A DNA stretch of 64,000 bases from the NCBI RefSeq assembly GCF_006345805.1, contig NC_043000.1:61132001-61196000 (forward strand), read 5' to 3'. The position numbers and the translations under genes are program-made. The notes beneath the pieces are model-generated. The model did no database searches, was not told the DNA's origin, and was given only the letters and a program-made list of their open reading frames with translations. Within the stretch, counting starts at the first letter, position 1; each line of letters opens with the position of its first letter. This DNA is from Octopus sinensis (lineage: Eukaryota). Positions 44,154 through 58,629 of this stretch are shown here, piece by piece.

Positions 44154-44996
44154 TGGGGTACACCAGCACTCGGCTAATAACTACAGTTGAGTAGATTGGA
44201 ACAATGTAAAATGAAATGCGTTGCCAGAAGATTGGCGTTCCACACGCTCCAGGATTTGAAAACCACGATCCCATGATCAAGAGACAGCTATCAGCCCTAG
44301 TGTCCTTACTGGATAAAACCAGAAATTTACATTACTTACATCCTCTGTATTTGAATTAACCGATCAAAAGATATGTTGAAACACAACATTTGCAAACGAC
44401 GTGAATTTATTTGTGAAACTATTTAAATCCAATGGAAGCAATTGCGAGTGCCCATATGTTAACTAAACTGCTAGAGATAACAGACAAATTTCCTCAAATC
44501 ACAACGTGCCATCTTTAAAAGAAGGAAGATCACATTAGCCAATATATCCCCCACCACACTCAGACGGAATGGTCACGCATAGAGAACGCTATCGATCGCT
44601 AATAACGGAGGGATAAGCAACAACAACGACAATAAAGGCAACTATAACCAATTAGGTATTCGCATGAAGTATCTCGGTTCAATAAATCATATTCGATTTA
44701 TAAGTAGGAAATCAGAAAAAGGATATGAGGTTTTAACTCTCATGACAAAAATAAAGTAATTATGTATTTATGAATTTATTTATTTACGTTGCTACCAGCA
44801 CCTAGGTACATCTGTTCAATATATTCAAAGCTGTACATCAGTTAGTAATTTCAATGTTATGTTTGCTATTCAAACCGACAGAACATCAAACAACTTGTAT
44901 GTATATATGTATGTGTGTGTGTGTGAGAGCTGATTTTCTGTGACTAACAATTTCTTTGTGATAAAATGTACATACATACATACATACATATATATA

Positions 44997-45037
<41 letters not shown>

Positions 45038-45066
45038 TATATTATATATATATATATAATATATAT

Positions 45067-45142
<76 letters not shown>

Positions 45143-45592
45143 TACATATATATATATGCACAGGCATATATACACGCACAGACATATATACAAATTAATA
45201 AAAATTATTAATCAATAATAAAGGAAATCAAACATGATAGCAGTAAAGTTAAAAAAAAAATATATATCAACTGTATGAAGCTAACAGTTTTTTCAGAGTA
45301 GTATATTCCTAACGACTTGGAATTGTTATTTAGACGTGGTGATGTTGAAAACAGCTAAATAAACACATTTTCTCTAGTTGTAATTCTAGATATGCGAGTG
45401 TGTGTAAACTTCCGGAAAGGTATTCAGATTTCAAAATGTTGGGTGGCTATTATACATACATACATACATGCATACGCTCACAGCAAACGTACATATCTAT
45501 CTATCTATCTATTTTAATACACACACACACATATATATATATTAAAATAGATAGATAGATTACATTATGCGTATACAATATATATATATGGA

Positions 45593-45634
<42 letters not shown>

Positions 45635-45640
45635 GTATAT

Positions 45641-46438
45641 AAATTTTAAAAATAGGATAAAATCTTAATAAGAAATCTTAACAAGAAATTATCAAGTAGT
45701 TAGCGTGAAATACCTCATAAGAGAAAAAAAACTGTAATTTTTTTTTTCGTTGAAAATATTTATTTATACTATATAGAGGGCATTATTACACATAAATGCC
45801 ACACGCTAGGGGGGACTCTTAAAGTCACAACTACCAAATATAAACAAATTGTACCGAATGCAATTCTCAAAACGAGTCATCTAAAAACAGAATTTAGCTC
45901 CATATCACCTGTGCTCCTAGCGTGTGGCATTTATGTGTAATAATGCCCTCTATACAATATAAATAAATATTTTCAAAGAAAAAAATTTACATTTTTTTTT
46001 CTCTTATGAGGTTTTTCACGCTAACTACTTGATAATTTCTTGTTAAGATTTCTTATTAAGATTCTATCCTATTTTTTAAAATTTGTTCCGAAAACGCACG
46101 TTGTCTCCTGAAATACGATTCAAAAGAGCCCGCCATTTACATAAATGTATGATGGGTAAACATTTCCATATACTACGATGACGGCGACGGTTGTCCACCT
46201 GGTATGATGTTTTTGTTTATTTATGATATATTTTGGATTCGCTTCACTGAAGAGCAAGGGACGCGTATAAGGCGTTAATTGCAAAATCACAGGTTATATG
46301 GAGCAAAATTCTGTTTTTAAATGACTCGCTTTGAGAATTGCATTCGGTACAATTTGTTTATATTTGGTAGTTATGACTTTAAGAGTTCCTCCTAGCGTGT
46401 GGCATTTATGTGTAATAATGCCCTCTATACAATATAAA
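45641..46438. mobile_element. Rearranged (inverted + tandem) repeat with hammerhead; Penelope-like terminal repeat candidate
   Basis: 45641-45812 is inverted relative to 45914-46084; ~45770-45913 is inverted relative to 46288-46437; (TA)n-rich flanks. Confidence 0.6.
46241..46304 (+). ncRNA. Degenerate type I hammerhead (G12->A)
   Basis: Stem I GCTTCA/TGGAGC; CTGAAGA 46247-53; stem II GCAA/TTGC with inner ACGC/GCGT; AAAA in place of GAAA; AUA triplet. The inverted copy near 45895-45913 gives stem III ATCAC-AG-GTGAT. Confidence 0.55.
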
Positions 46439-46861
46439 ACAATATATATATGTATATATGTATGTATTCGATTCCCTTGATCGCATTTTCAATATATATG
46501 TATATTGTAAATTCGATTAGGGGAATTAAATTTTGAACCTTGTTGAGTCTCATTAATTTTTTTAATGACAGATACTCACATGATTTCAAGCTAATTTATG
46601 TGACTATTAGACAATGTTCCATTGATACAAATGTGAAAATTTATGGAAGAGAAAATATTGCGAAGCACGCAGGGAAAATGAAGTTATTAATCTGATATTT
46701 GTATATTTAGCCGGATTTGCTTCAAAATATATTTGAGACTAAATATGTCGTTGAAAGTATTATTTCGTTATCTTTGTATAGGCAGACACACACACACACA
46801 TATATATATATGTAAAGATATATACATATATACATATGAATACATAAGTACACACATTCAT

Positions 46862-46992
46862 CGCAGGAGTGGGTGTGTGGTAAGAAGCTTGCTTCCCAAC
46901 GACATGCTTCCGGGATCAGTCCCACTGCGTAGCACCTTGGATAAGTGTCTTCTACTATAGCCTCGGCCTGATTAAAGCCTTTGTAAGTGGAT
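46862..46992 (+). mobile_element. Family-B SINE head
   Basis: CGCAGGAGTGG..GGTAAGAAGCTTGCTTCCCAAC..CAGTCCCACTGCG..CCTTGGATAAGTGTCTT. Confidence 0.75.
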
Positions 46993-47136
46993 CATCTTCT
47001 TATAGCACGTTTCGCTATAGATATAAAGTAAGGGAGTAATGTCGATCGTTAGAAACTAGAAACTATACTCTTATATATGTTTGTGGTATATGTTTATAAT
47101 ATATATATAAAATATGAATTAGAGACAAAACCACTC

Positions 47137-47193
<57 letters not shown>

Positions 47194-49894
47194 GTGGGGT
47201 TGGATATAGGTATATGTATATGTATCTATGTATGTGTATGCGTATCAAACTGGTTAAAAAAGGAAGCGTGCAAATGATCGCTCAGCGCAAATGAGCTCTC
47301 AATACACATCACAAAGTTAATTTTTGCTTGTATAATTGGATATATTTGTATTTTCCTATTAAGTGCTTTGGATAATTTCTGCTAATAATTGCAGTCCTTG
47401 GTACTTTGGTATGAAAAATTATATAGAATTACATGCTACTCATTGAACATTCTAGCAACTTTCTGCTGCTTTATTTACTGACTGAATTTGAGGAACACAA
47501 ATCTGACATATTTTACCTCGCCTGAAAATCCCAACAGTTAGAGATTATAATTTCTAAGTAATTATTGACATTATCATGATGAAATGGACATATTTAGTTT
47601 ATATGTATGTAATGGACACATGTAAGTTTAAATGTATGTTTGCTTTGTAGTTATACAGGAGAACTTTCCTAACTTCGAAACTAAGCACTATAGCCAGAAA
47701 TATTTAGGTAACAACTGTGAAGAGTAACATATTTCTGCTATTTCGCTTACTGAGGCCATTCGCCGAGTGCATGGCAGTAGTTACTTACTTTGCTTGATAG
47801 CCGCAGCGCTTGAAAATTGTATGCATGCATATATGTATGTATGTTTGTATGTATGTACGTACGTATGTATGTACGAGTGCATATATGTTTGTAGAGGTGC
47901 CCATCGTTGTTACACCTGTACGACAGAGTTTAAGTCCCTCATAGTACTGTAAAGCCACGTCTGTGCTAGTCATGTTTAAGAGAACAGTTAAGCGAATGGT
48001 ATCACTCGAAATCCAGATGCAACCATAGCGTATCTGCGTAGGCTGAGTGTATAGAGTAAGCATTTTTGATAAGTGGGATTTTAGATGGAATTTAACCCTA
48101 ATGGTAAAGCAAAATGCACGAAGAGTTTTGAATTAAATGAGGTAGGATGCAAATACTAAGTTTAACAGGATGTAATAACTTGTAGAATGAGAGTTTAGTA
48201 TTTAAGATAACATCCATAAGAGGCAGAAGCATCTGCATAGTCGTTCGACTTACTTGAAATAGCAGCCAAATCTTTCTTAGATCACAGCAGCAAGATCTGT
48301 TGTAGACCTTAAAGATATAATTTTCCAAGCGATTCGAATTTGAGCATGAAAGCTGGTGTTGAGGGCAAGCATATCTTAGATTCAGAAGGATAAGTGAGTT
48401 TACTTCATAAACCTCTATAATACTAATAATATACAGCTGCTGTTCAACAGGTCTCTGAAAAAAATTCAAATCATAACCAACTCGTACTTTTAGTAATGTA
48501 CTTATGACTACGTTATTCAATGTTTTCCTTGCGTTGTTTAAGACGTTAGTGTGCTGTTTAAGAAAGAATTGCCTAATATGTGTACCATATAGATCGACCA
48601 TGTAGCGGCCTATCTCTTTAACTCCGATATGTTGCTTCCATCAAAGATAAGTACTGATAATGACATCTAATAATAAATCCGAATGGTGTAAGGAGCAAAG
48701 TATTAGAAACTATGAAACGTTCATGAGGAGCGGATCAAGAAGTAAATATTTGACTTTTACCTCAAGCAATGCGTCACACATTTATAAGCCGAATGTTTTA
48801 CTTTGATAAAAAGAAAGAAAACAATCTATAGAAAGTTTAGATCTGAGGAGAGATGCCCTGCATCGCTAAGGGCACCTTCTTATCCAAGGATATAAATAGA
48901 AGTTGCTAGAAACATTAGTGTCAGATTCAAAAGATTCCAGGTTGTTTCTTCTGCTTGTTCGAAGATCTAATGCAACTATTGATTCATTGTACAAGGCCTT
49001 TGGAAAATATTACATTTCCTATAATGTGTCTTCACAAACACAATGATATTCTACTTTCTATACTCTATACTTCTCAAAGGACAAAGGGTTGCAACAAATT
49101 TAGTTGGCAAGAATGTCTGAATCTCGAAAAACCTGTAGTTGCTTTGTATAGTTTCTGCTGTTTTAAAGAAGTTAATTTCCATTCTCAATATTCACGGGGG
49201 AGAATCTAATAGTATTGAGACGTAGGTGATTCGTACGTTGATTACAAAATGAAAGACAGTTTAGTAAGTGAAACATTTTAGTAAGTTGGAGTTTATCACT
49301 TTTTACGATACTATTCCTAGAGTAGGCACATTAATCTTTAGCAGTTTTCGCATATGGTTATATTTAAACATGGGATAGTTAAATACCATGCTTAACATTT
49401 TTGATTATGCTAAAGAGTTATTATTATGATAATATTACTATAATAATTATTATATAATATATAATAATAATGAGTTATTATTGCTCCTGTTTGTACTTAT
49501 TTTAAATTGTTTGTTGCCTGCATGATATAATGTAGTGTCAGTGACAGGATATAAACCATGGAACTTTTGGCCAGAAAACTGGTTTACACGTGATATCAGT
49601 TGCAAAATTTTCTCAAATGGAATGAATCTACTATACTTATATATGAGCTATATCTACCTGTTATATAGATTAAAAATTTCTGAGTTGTCTCGTTTATTCT
49701 CTCTTTTTACTAGAATTAATAATTTACATGAAGATTATTCTATTGCTGAACGTTTAATCTCTAACTAAAATTCTTAGTTTACAACATTAGGTATAATAGT
49801 ATTCACATTACTATTAAGATTTTTTCTTCGGTCATTCTGTTAAGTTATAACAATACTGTGTCAAGTTATTTAAGATCTCCAGCAATATCATAGC

Positions 49895-49935
49895 CTTTCC
49901 TGATGAGGCACACTAAGACCGAAACATGTCCAGAA
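49895..49935 (+). ncRNA. Minimal hammerhead-like motif
   Basis: CTGATGA 49900-06; GG..CC stem II; GAAA 49921-24; palindromic ACATGT; GUC. Stem I is out of register (TTC/GAA offset by 2 nt). Confidence 0.45.
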
Positions 49936-51924
49936 TTGTCGATGCATTGCGAACAACTTCAAATACACATCACAATATCCCATATTTAATCAATTACAAC
50001 TAGTTAAAATTGCAGCTGTTGTCTCTTCTACCTTTTATTTTTTTTTTACTAAAGTTAGTAATTTAGATAATGATTGTTCTAATCGATATAGTGTAATTTA
50101 AAGTCATTAAAATTACAAAATTACATGGCTTGCTGCATTAAGTATGGTGGCGCCCACTTGCCTATATTTTATAAAGATTCATTGAAAATATTCTTTGTAA
50201 TGTTTTGTGACGTCAAATCTAATATTTTGCTTTCAATAATAAAATATCTTTCATTAAATAAACTTAAACAAAAAAATTGGCTGTCGTATTGTTAACGTTT
50301 TTTGAAACTCAACAACAGGTCAGATAATATCAATTCGGGGTTAATGATTGATTGATTAAAGTTTACAAAGTCGTTTCTGATTAGATTTTATTTTTTAGAA
50401 TTCAATTAAAGTTTAATTCACAAGCAATCTCAATAGAGACACCCTGTACACTTAGTCTAGGCATTTGTTAAAACACCGTTAGAAATCAGAAATTCTAACA
50501 TGGAAATTAATTAGGTTAAGCGGTTTTAAACTTCTGCATGCATGTTTTTCTTTCAGTACATTGTGGCCGAGATTCTATTTAGTCGGGACCATATATTTTA
50601 GAAACGACTAACAATAAAAGACAGCAAGGGTATCTGTATGTGATGGTACAACTCAGTAGAAATAGTAAACAAATGTCTCTCAAATCATACACTACCACCT
50701 TAAAAAAAGAATGACATATTGAATAATGTAATCCGCGATATAATATAAGTGAATTAAAAGCCTTATTTCAAATAAAACGGATATGACTGTATGAGACTAA
50801 TTCGTAGGTTTTACAAAACCCATTTATTTAATTATTTTTTAGAAAAGATCACGGTTAAATTCTGCCAGAGTGTGATGTCTTTTAATCAGTATACAATGGC
50901 ATGGTGTAGCTATTGATTTTTATTTTTGAGTGTAAATATTATATAACCATATTTCTATCATGATGCGTGACAGTAAATTTCGGAAAATAAAGCTAACACA
51001 TGAACTGAATAATTTTGTGATTATTGCTAAAAAATGAAAAATCGAACTATTTCTCCTCGTGACAGGTTAACATATCTCTAATGCTGATATTCACCAATCG
51101 ACTAAGGAAATCACAATTTCCATCGATTTCTTACAATACATTCTTTTGAATTTTTAAATGGTAAACATTATTACTGTATACGCCGGAATATAATAAAAAA
51201 GTGATTAAGTACAGCGTTTATTTTCAATCGGATAACTAATTGATTATTTGATTAATTAGTTAAGTGATTTGTTCTTTAGTATGTGTATTAAGTGTTTTTC
51301 TATATTGTTTCTGTGGGAATTTGGCAAATGACCATAATGAATCTTTCAATTAGCAACTGCGCTTATGAAAAAAATCATACTCAGACTGATTCCTAAAAGA
51401 AATATTCCTATCATTTTCAATTAAATCTGATGTCGATGTACTTTAGTAATGTAATGGACCGTGTGTTACTCAAAACTCAATACATTTAATATATGTTGAA
51501 TTATCTATATTTTCTTTATTTTTACTGACCACACAAACACTTGCATTGTTTACTTGTAAATCAAACCTTAACATCTCTAGAGACAAAAGAAAATCTCATG
51601 AAGGGTTTAGACTAGCCGTTCTCAACAACTTTTTTATCTATGGACCCCTTTGATTACTATTTTATGCTGGTGGACCCCCACCTCCATAGCTATTCGATGT
51701 TTAAAAAATAAGTCTCATAGGTATTTCTTTAAAAATTCCTATTTAGTTTTTCACACGTTCACTTGCATACGTTAACAAGAAAATGCTGAACTATGTTGAG
51801 CGTTATAGAAGGAAACCTAGCTGTTTCTTGCCATAAATACATCTAAAGCAAAATCTTTTCAAGGACTTTTAAAATAATACTGTTGATCTCTAAATTACTA
51901 TTTTGCTTGCGTGGAAAACCCAAA

Positions 51925-52255
51925 ATGTATATGGACCTCTGGTTTCGACGAATAAATCGACCCTAGTACTTATATTTTCAAAGTGGCATTTATTCTATAG
52001 GATCTATTTTGCCGACGTGCTAAGTTATGGGCAGGTAAACAAACGAACACCGAGTGGTGGAGGACAAATAAAAACACAAAGAGACACATCCATAGCATGG
52101 GTTTTATTTCAGTTTCCGTCTACCAAAGTCGGTCACAGTGCTTTGGTCGGTTCAGGGCTATAATGGAAGACACTAGCCCAAGGTGCCACTAAGTGGACCT
52201 GTATTCAAGAGCATATGGTTTGGAAGCAAGTTTCCCAGCCACACAGTCACACCTG
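51925..52255 (-). mobile_element. Family-B SINE, diverged
   Basis: AATCGACCCTAGTACTTAT, TCAGTTTCCGTCTACCAAA and CCCAAGGTGCCAC segments. Confidence 0.65.
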
Positions 52256-52514
52256 ATTCCTGCGAATGTAGTGACAATCCAAAGCTCAATATCCCTTCTA
52301 TTATTTTGACAGCCAGCGTTAAGTTCTCTAACCTGAAGTATTACAGCACTCACGAGCAAGTTTGTGATTCATTAGCTCTGCTAGTCACCTCGATTTGTCT
52401 TCGGTCTTGAAACCCAAGCATTCGCTTTGTTATCTTCTATCATGGTCGTCACTGTTGTTTACATTTTGGTTATTGCAGTGTGTCTGATGATGATGCTGTT
52501 GACTATGATGTGGA

Positions 52515-52662
<148 letters not shown>

Positions 52663-52860
52663 TTTTGGCACACGGCCACCAAGTTCGGGCGAGGGTATAA
52701 GGTGATTACATCCACTCCAGTGTATGACTGGTACTTATTTTATCAACGACGAAAGGATGAAAGGCCAAGTCGACCTCGGCGGCATTTGAACTCAGAACGT
52801 AAAGACAAACGAAGTGCTGCAAAACATTTTGTCCTGCATGCTAACAATTCTACCAGTTCC
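52663..52860 (-). mobile_element. Family-A SINE between (CTA)n and (AAT)n
   Basis: Reverse complement of the 40037 element, diverged. Confidence 0.75.
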
Positions 52861-52883
52861 TCTGGTTAATAATAATAATAATG

Positions 52884-52948
<65 letters not shown>

Positions 52949-53971
52949 CATCATTCTTATGTTATTAAATTTGATCGTATATGTACTTAAAAGAAAATAT
53001 CCCCCACCTAAAAGTAACTTCACGAACTGTTTTAGGTATATACATTTGTTTCATATTTATCATGAAAGTAACAGCACAATGCACTGCAGTATAGAATTCT
53101 ATATGTCTAAGTCTCTATAAGAAAATCTGTACGAGAATCTTTCCATTTACTTAATTACCAATCAAACTTTCCTCGGTGTCTGATGACATGCAACATGTTT
53201 TAGTAAATTGGAAATATAGCATTTATGCCAACAACGTCACCGGGAAATAACAAATACAGGAGGGAGGCAAATAGCAAACATGGCTTGATTCCTAATATGT
53301 GTTCTGTAGAATTATTATCTGGTATAGAACATTTAGTCTGCAAAAGAATATTATGGTTGTTTATAACACCTAATTAAGTGAAAAATATGCTAGTGGAAAT
53401 TATTCATAAAACTTCATCCTAGAGATGTGTGACATGCATTTCAATTAAGTGATGTTGTTTTCTTTACATGTTAATGTAACGAGTCCATTTTTCACTCTGT
53501 ATTTTTATAGATTTAGATGCACTCAAACTGAAGTGAACTTTTCCCAGAAATGTATGAGCAAAAATATTCTTCAGTGTTAAGATAATATTTAAATTACCGT
53601 AAATAATTTTCTTCATATCACGCTGCTTGCTTACGCTATGAGACAATAATTCTATTTATTTATTTACTGCTTCTTAATAATTAATCATTTAATTAATTAA
53701 TTTCATTTATTTACTATTTTGATAATATTAAAGGAAACCGCGAAATGGAAAGGAAAATATTAATATTAAATTATTACAGCTTGTTTCTAGAGATTTGTGT
53801 TAGTGAATATTTTGGAAGAAAATATGTTAGATCATTATGACGAGGTGCCACCTACACTGTAAGCTGAGTAATTAGACAACCTCTACTAAGCAAAGAAAAT
53901 TAATCAAATGGATAAAATTACCGATTAAACATAGAGTCTGAGAGCATAATAAACTGCACAATGTTCCTCAC

Positions 53972-54029
<58 letters not shown>

Positions 54030-54636
54030 AGGGCGTATTGTTAGGGTGTTGCACTCACGATCACGACATCGTGGTTTCAATTCTTGAGCAAAACACTTCG
54101 TCTCACGTTGCTCTGCGATTTCTTCGACACCTGAAGCGTAGTACACAGCGTTCCTGTTCAGACAACGTCGATTTCACGAGACAGTGAACAAATATGCTGT
54201 ACATAGATTTGATCACTATAAACAAATCATTTGAGCAGCTCATACGATGTCTTCGACGGGGGAGTCCATTATCATTATTATTGAGTGAGGGAGCAGTGTA
54301 TGCCATCAAAGTGTGTGCCTTGGGTATGTGCTGATATTTATTGTGGTGCTCTTATTTTCACTGTATTGAAAGTGCTTTACGCATGATACGCACGGTGCCA
54401 AGTAGTGCTATTTTCTGTATGTTATATATATACTTGTAAGTCCTTGTGGTTTTGTTATATATGTATCTGAATGATTTTTATCATACCTAATGCTATAATA
54501 GCAATTGTTTCTGTTTTTAGGCTCGTCATTCGAATTACCTCTATTTACAGATCTTTGTATTTTGAAAGTTTCTCCGTTCCTTTTAGAGAAACATTGTCAT
54601 CTATTGGTATTGATACATCGATTAGAAACTTTATTA

Positions 54637-54691
<55 letters not shown>

Positions 54692-55021
54692 GAGAGAGCA
54701 GTTCATGACATCAAAGTGACACTGGGGTAAAATATACGAAGCCCAATATACCCATCATGACTACCCGTCTGATAAGGGTACACCAGGCACATGCATCACA
54801 ACCATATGTGCGCGACATGGTCATCTCATATCAAGATAAACAGCACATGACCTTGCAGGTGGGGCCCAGTTAGAAATTTCTTCAGGTTGAGTAGCCCATC
54901 CCGCTCAAAAGGTCCCTGAATAAGGATTGTTTAAGGATGTTGAAAGAACCACCCATGTTTCCAGAGGTGAATTATTCAAACCTTAAAGAATCCCTCTCAA
55001 CACATGGCTATTATTATTATG

Positions 55022-55073
<52 letters not shown>

Positions 55074-55390
55074 AGAGAGCAGTTCATGACATCAAAGTGA
55101 CACTGGGGTAAAATATACGAAGCCCAATATACCCATCATGACTACCCGTCTGATAAGGGTACACCAGGCACATGCATCACAACCATATGTGCGCGACATG
55201 GTCATCTCATATCAAGATAAACAGCACATGACCTTGCAGGTGGGGCCCAGTTAGAAATTTCTTCAGGTTGAGTAGCCCATCCCGCTCAAAAGGTCCCTGA
55301 ATAAGGATTGTTTAAGGATGTTGAAAGAACCACCCATGTTTCCAGAGGTGAATTATTCAAACCTTAAAGAATCCCTCTCAACACATGGCT
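54692..55390. repeat. Perfect tandem duplication of a 318-bp element separated by (ATT)n; period 381 bp
   Basis: 54692-55009 is identical to 55073-55390. A diverged fragment of the same family lies at ~54283-54320, also after an ATT tract. Confidence 0.9.
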
Positions 55391-58262
55391 ATTATTATTA
55401 TGATTATTATTATTATTATTATTTTAACATTTCCAGAAGAAGTCTTAATTGGGAGAAGTTTGTTCAATCAGACTGTTTCTTCACACCCTAGGATGTAAGA
55501 GAAGAGAAAGTTCATAGAAAAAAAAAGCATCCACTCCATAAAAAGCTTAGCTGTGATTTTTAATTATCATCAAAAAAAAAAAAAAGAAGAGCAGTTACAA
55601 GAGACACGTCTTAAATTATGGTAGGAAGTCTCTGAAGCCAAATGGTGAAAGGTTATGGCATGTCCAGTTGCAGTTTTCAAAAGGAAGACTCAACTTAAAT
55701 ACTCCCTTTTCTCATACACTCATTGCTCATTTTATAGAGCTGAGAAATACACGATTGACAACAAGAGACATTGGAAACGATGTGGATCCTTGGCTGATCA
55801 CCGAACTTTTGTAATTGCAATATGGACGGATAGTTACAGTCCTGTAACGAGAGAAATCACGAATTAGGGGCGGATTCGTGGTGACAGTTGGCTGTCTGGA
55901 TCATGTCATATGAAATTATTACATGTTAATATATATAAGTTATATATAAAAGTTAATATAGTTATAGCAGTACATGAATGCACTCACACACACACATATA
56001 CATATGTATGAGTGTACACACACACACACACAGACGCACACACAAACACACACACACACACAGACGCACACACACATGTATGCATACAAACATGTATATA
56101 TACATGCATACATACATACATACATAATACATACATACATACATACATACATACATACATACATACATACATACATAATCTTGGCCAGGGTAATCATTCA
56201 CGGATATTTACAGTAATATCAGTAAGTAATATATTCAAGATATAGTAAAGTTTCCGATAAGCTTTGGTTGGGGGTTGGGAGTAAACATTTTGCATTTACT
56301 ATTGAGTTGCTGGAGAAAAGTGAACATTCACGAAATATCGTAAAATACTGCAGACTTTTAATCTTGAATAGATAGCTTACTGATCGTTAATTTGAAACTT
56401 GCCATTGTATTAATAAATATAGAGAAGCGGAAAATTACTAGCACTGTTATCCAAACTAAATTTGGTTTGAAATGTCAAATGATGCTCCATCCTTTTAATT
56501 ATCTTGCTTTCGAAATCTTTTTGTCTTTGTCAACAATTTTCAATAAAATTTGTAATATGAAACGTGATTCTAAATGAAAGCATCATTGTTATTAGGTGAC
56601 CTGGACTCGTTATTAAGACCTTAAATATTGCGATAATGAGTGACACAGAAAATACTTCAAACATACGTAGTTTTATAACATAACTTAAATAGCGGTTAAA
56701 ACAATTTAGCGCATGATTAAGTTATCAATTTCAGAACGTTAATTATAATTTGTCTTGGAGATTAACATACGCTCTATAATACATTAGTTAATCATAAGTT
56801 GTATCATCTTAGCGTAATAAATTCAGATTTACGTTTAGCTGTAATACTTTTTTAACCGCTTTCCATTCCCCTTTTATTTACTTATTAAACGGAAATATTA
56901 ATCCAGCCTGATGCCGATTGTGTATTGGTTCGATTTCACTACTTCAAGAAAAAACGCCGTGCTGCTTTTCGTAATTTCTAAGACAATTTAACATTATCTT
57001 GTTTCGTGTATAAAGGTTGCAACAACACAATGAAGTGTTATTCATAAAACAAATAACCAGATTACACTCGATTCATATCAGTTTGAAATTGCCGTTCTAA
57101 ACAACTATGACGTATAAAGAAATTGTATCCCTAGTAACAATTAGTTTCTGTTATTATATTAGAACAAATGATATTTATTGACAATTCAAAGTTAAATTTT
57201 ACACAAGTATTTCTGCGTACATTGTTTCATTACAGAGGCCTACCTAAAATGTTTTATTGCACGTAACACGTTTTTCTATTTTATTTCGTTTAATGTTATT
57301 CAATTTCATTTCATTATAATACACACTGTTATATTCCAGAATGGCATGAGCTGAAATTGAAACTTAATATTACAATGACCTTATAGAAATATGATATAGT
57401 AAAGCTCTGAATATACCAACTTACCTACATGCATGTTTACTAACGTACATATATGTATACACACAAGTACAAACACATATGCGTATGTATAGCACATTAT
57501 TCTGCATGGTTTCTTACTACATGACCAAACTGTGATATGATTTTCATCCTAATTAGTTGCATATGCTGTTTTCAACAGATGCCATTACTTCAAGATTTAT
57601 GTGGTTCAGATATTCCGTCAACCATACGTAAAAAACAGCAAAAAGCATAACGGTGTTGTAAATATTGCACAAGAAAATTAAAACAGCCTGTAGTCATTTT
57701 AAATGATTATACGATTTTAATCATTTTAAATGATTATTAGCTCGTAAAGCTAACTATAGTAGAATGATTAGTATAATTCAATATGTATTAGTGTTTCAAA
57801 TTATCTTCATTTTGTTTAGAATACTTTCAAGTTACATTTTAAAATCAGGAAACTTTCATATATTCAAGTTCTCTCCCTACTAAAAGTTGTGGATTTAATC
57901 TAATTAATTAGTATTTTGGAAAACTATAAAAAAGGCGGTATTAAAATTCTGTTAATGATGAATTAAATATCTGGATCAATTACTTCATTATTATAACGTA
58001 TTATTTGCAACTTTTATATTCTGTTGGTTTAAATGTTTAATCTTTATCAAATGTCATATTTTCCTACCTATATATCAACAATAGGATATTTAATCATGGC
58101 CAAAATAAATAAAATGTATTCTACATATACACGTTGCAAAAGTTCTTTACGAAGTTAGTATTTAGAGAAATAATTTTGATAACAACTCAAGTGATAATTA
58201 AAATGCTGTGCGCTTAAGATTCAATTATCGTACAGTACATTAAATATGCGTACGTACATCAT

Positions 58263-58305
<43 letters not shown>

Positions 58306-58592
58306 CACATGTATATATAAAAGAACGTTCAATGAATTGGTTGGTTAGATAACATATCGATTGGCCAATAAGTAAGAAGCGAAATATAACCAGTGTGTAT
58401 GTTTATTATTACTGGCATAATGACCCACCCAGAATAAACAAGATGTATATGCATATCTGTGTGTGTGTGTGTGAGTGTGTATGTGTAGAAGGTTGAAAAG
58501 GAATACACGAGTTGATATGTATAAAGAAAATAAGACAAGGTAGAAAATGGTAAAGGAAAATAAGAGAAGCATTTTCTATCATGTCTTATTTT

Positions 58593-58629
<37 letters not shown>

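Noticed and set aside
48098-48601. 167-aa minus-strand ORF
   Set aside because: No recognisable domain or codon signal; plausible by chance.
48841-48927. CTGAGGA...GAAACATTAGTGTC hammerhead-like motif
   Set aside because: Stem III is plausible, but stem II is closed by G.A and stem I has only 1 bp.
51615-51790. hAT-like terminal sequence (CCGTTCTCAAC..GGACCCC)
   Set aside because: Only loose resemblance; no matching second terminus or TSD found.
55739-55820. Possible terminal exon after a pyrimidine tract (LRNTRLTTRDIGNDVDPWLITELL*)
   Set aside because: No homology recognised and no partner exons identified.
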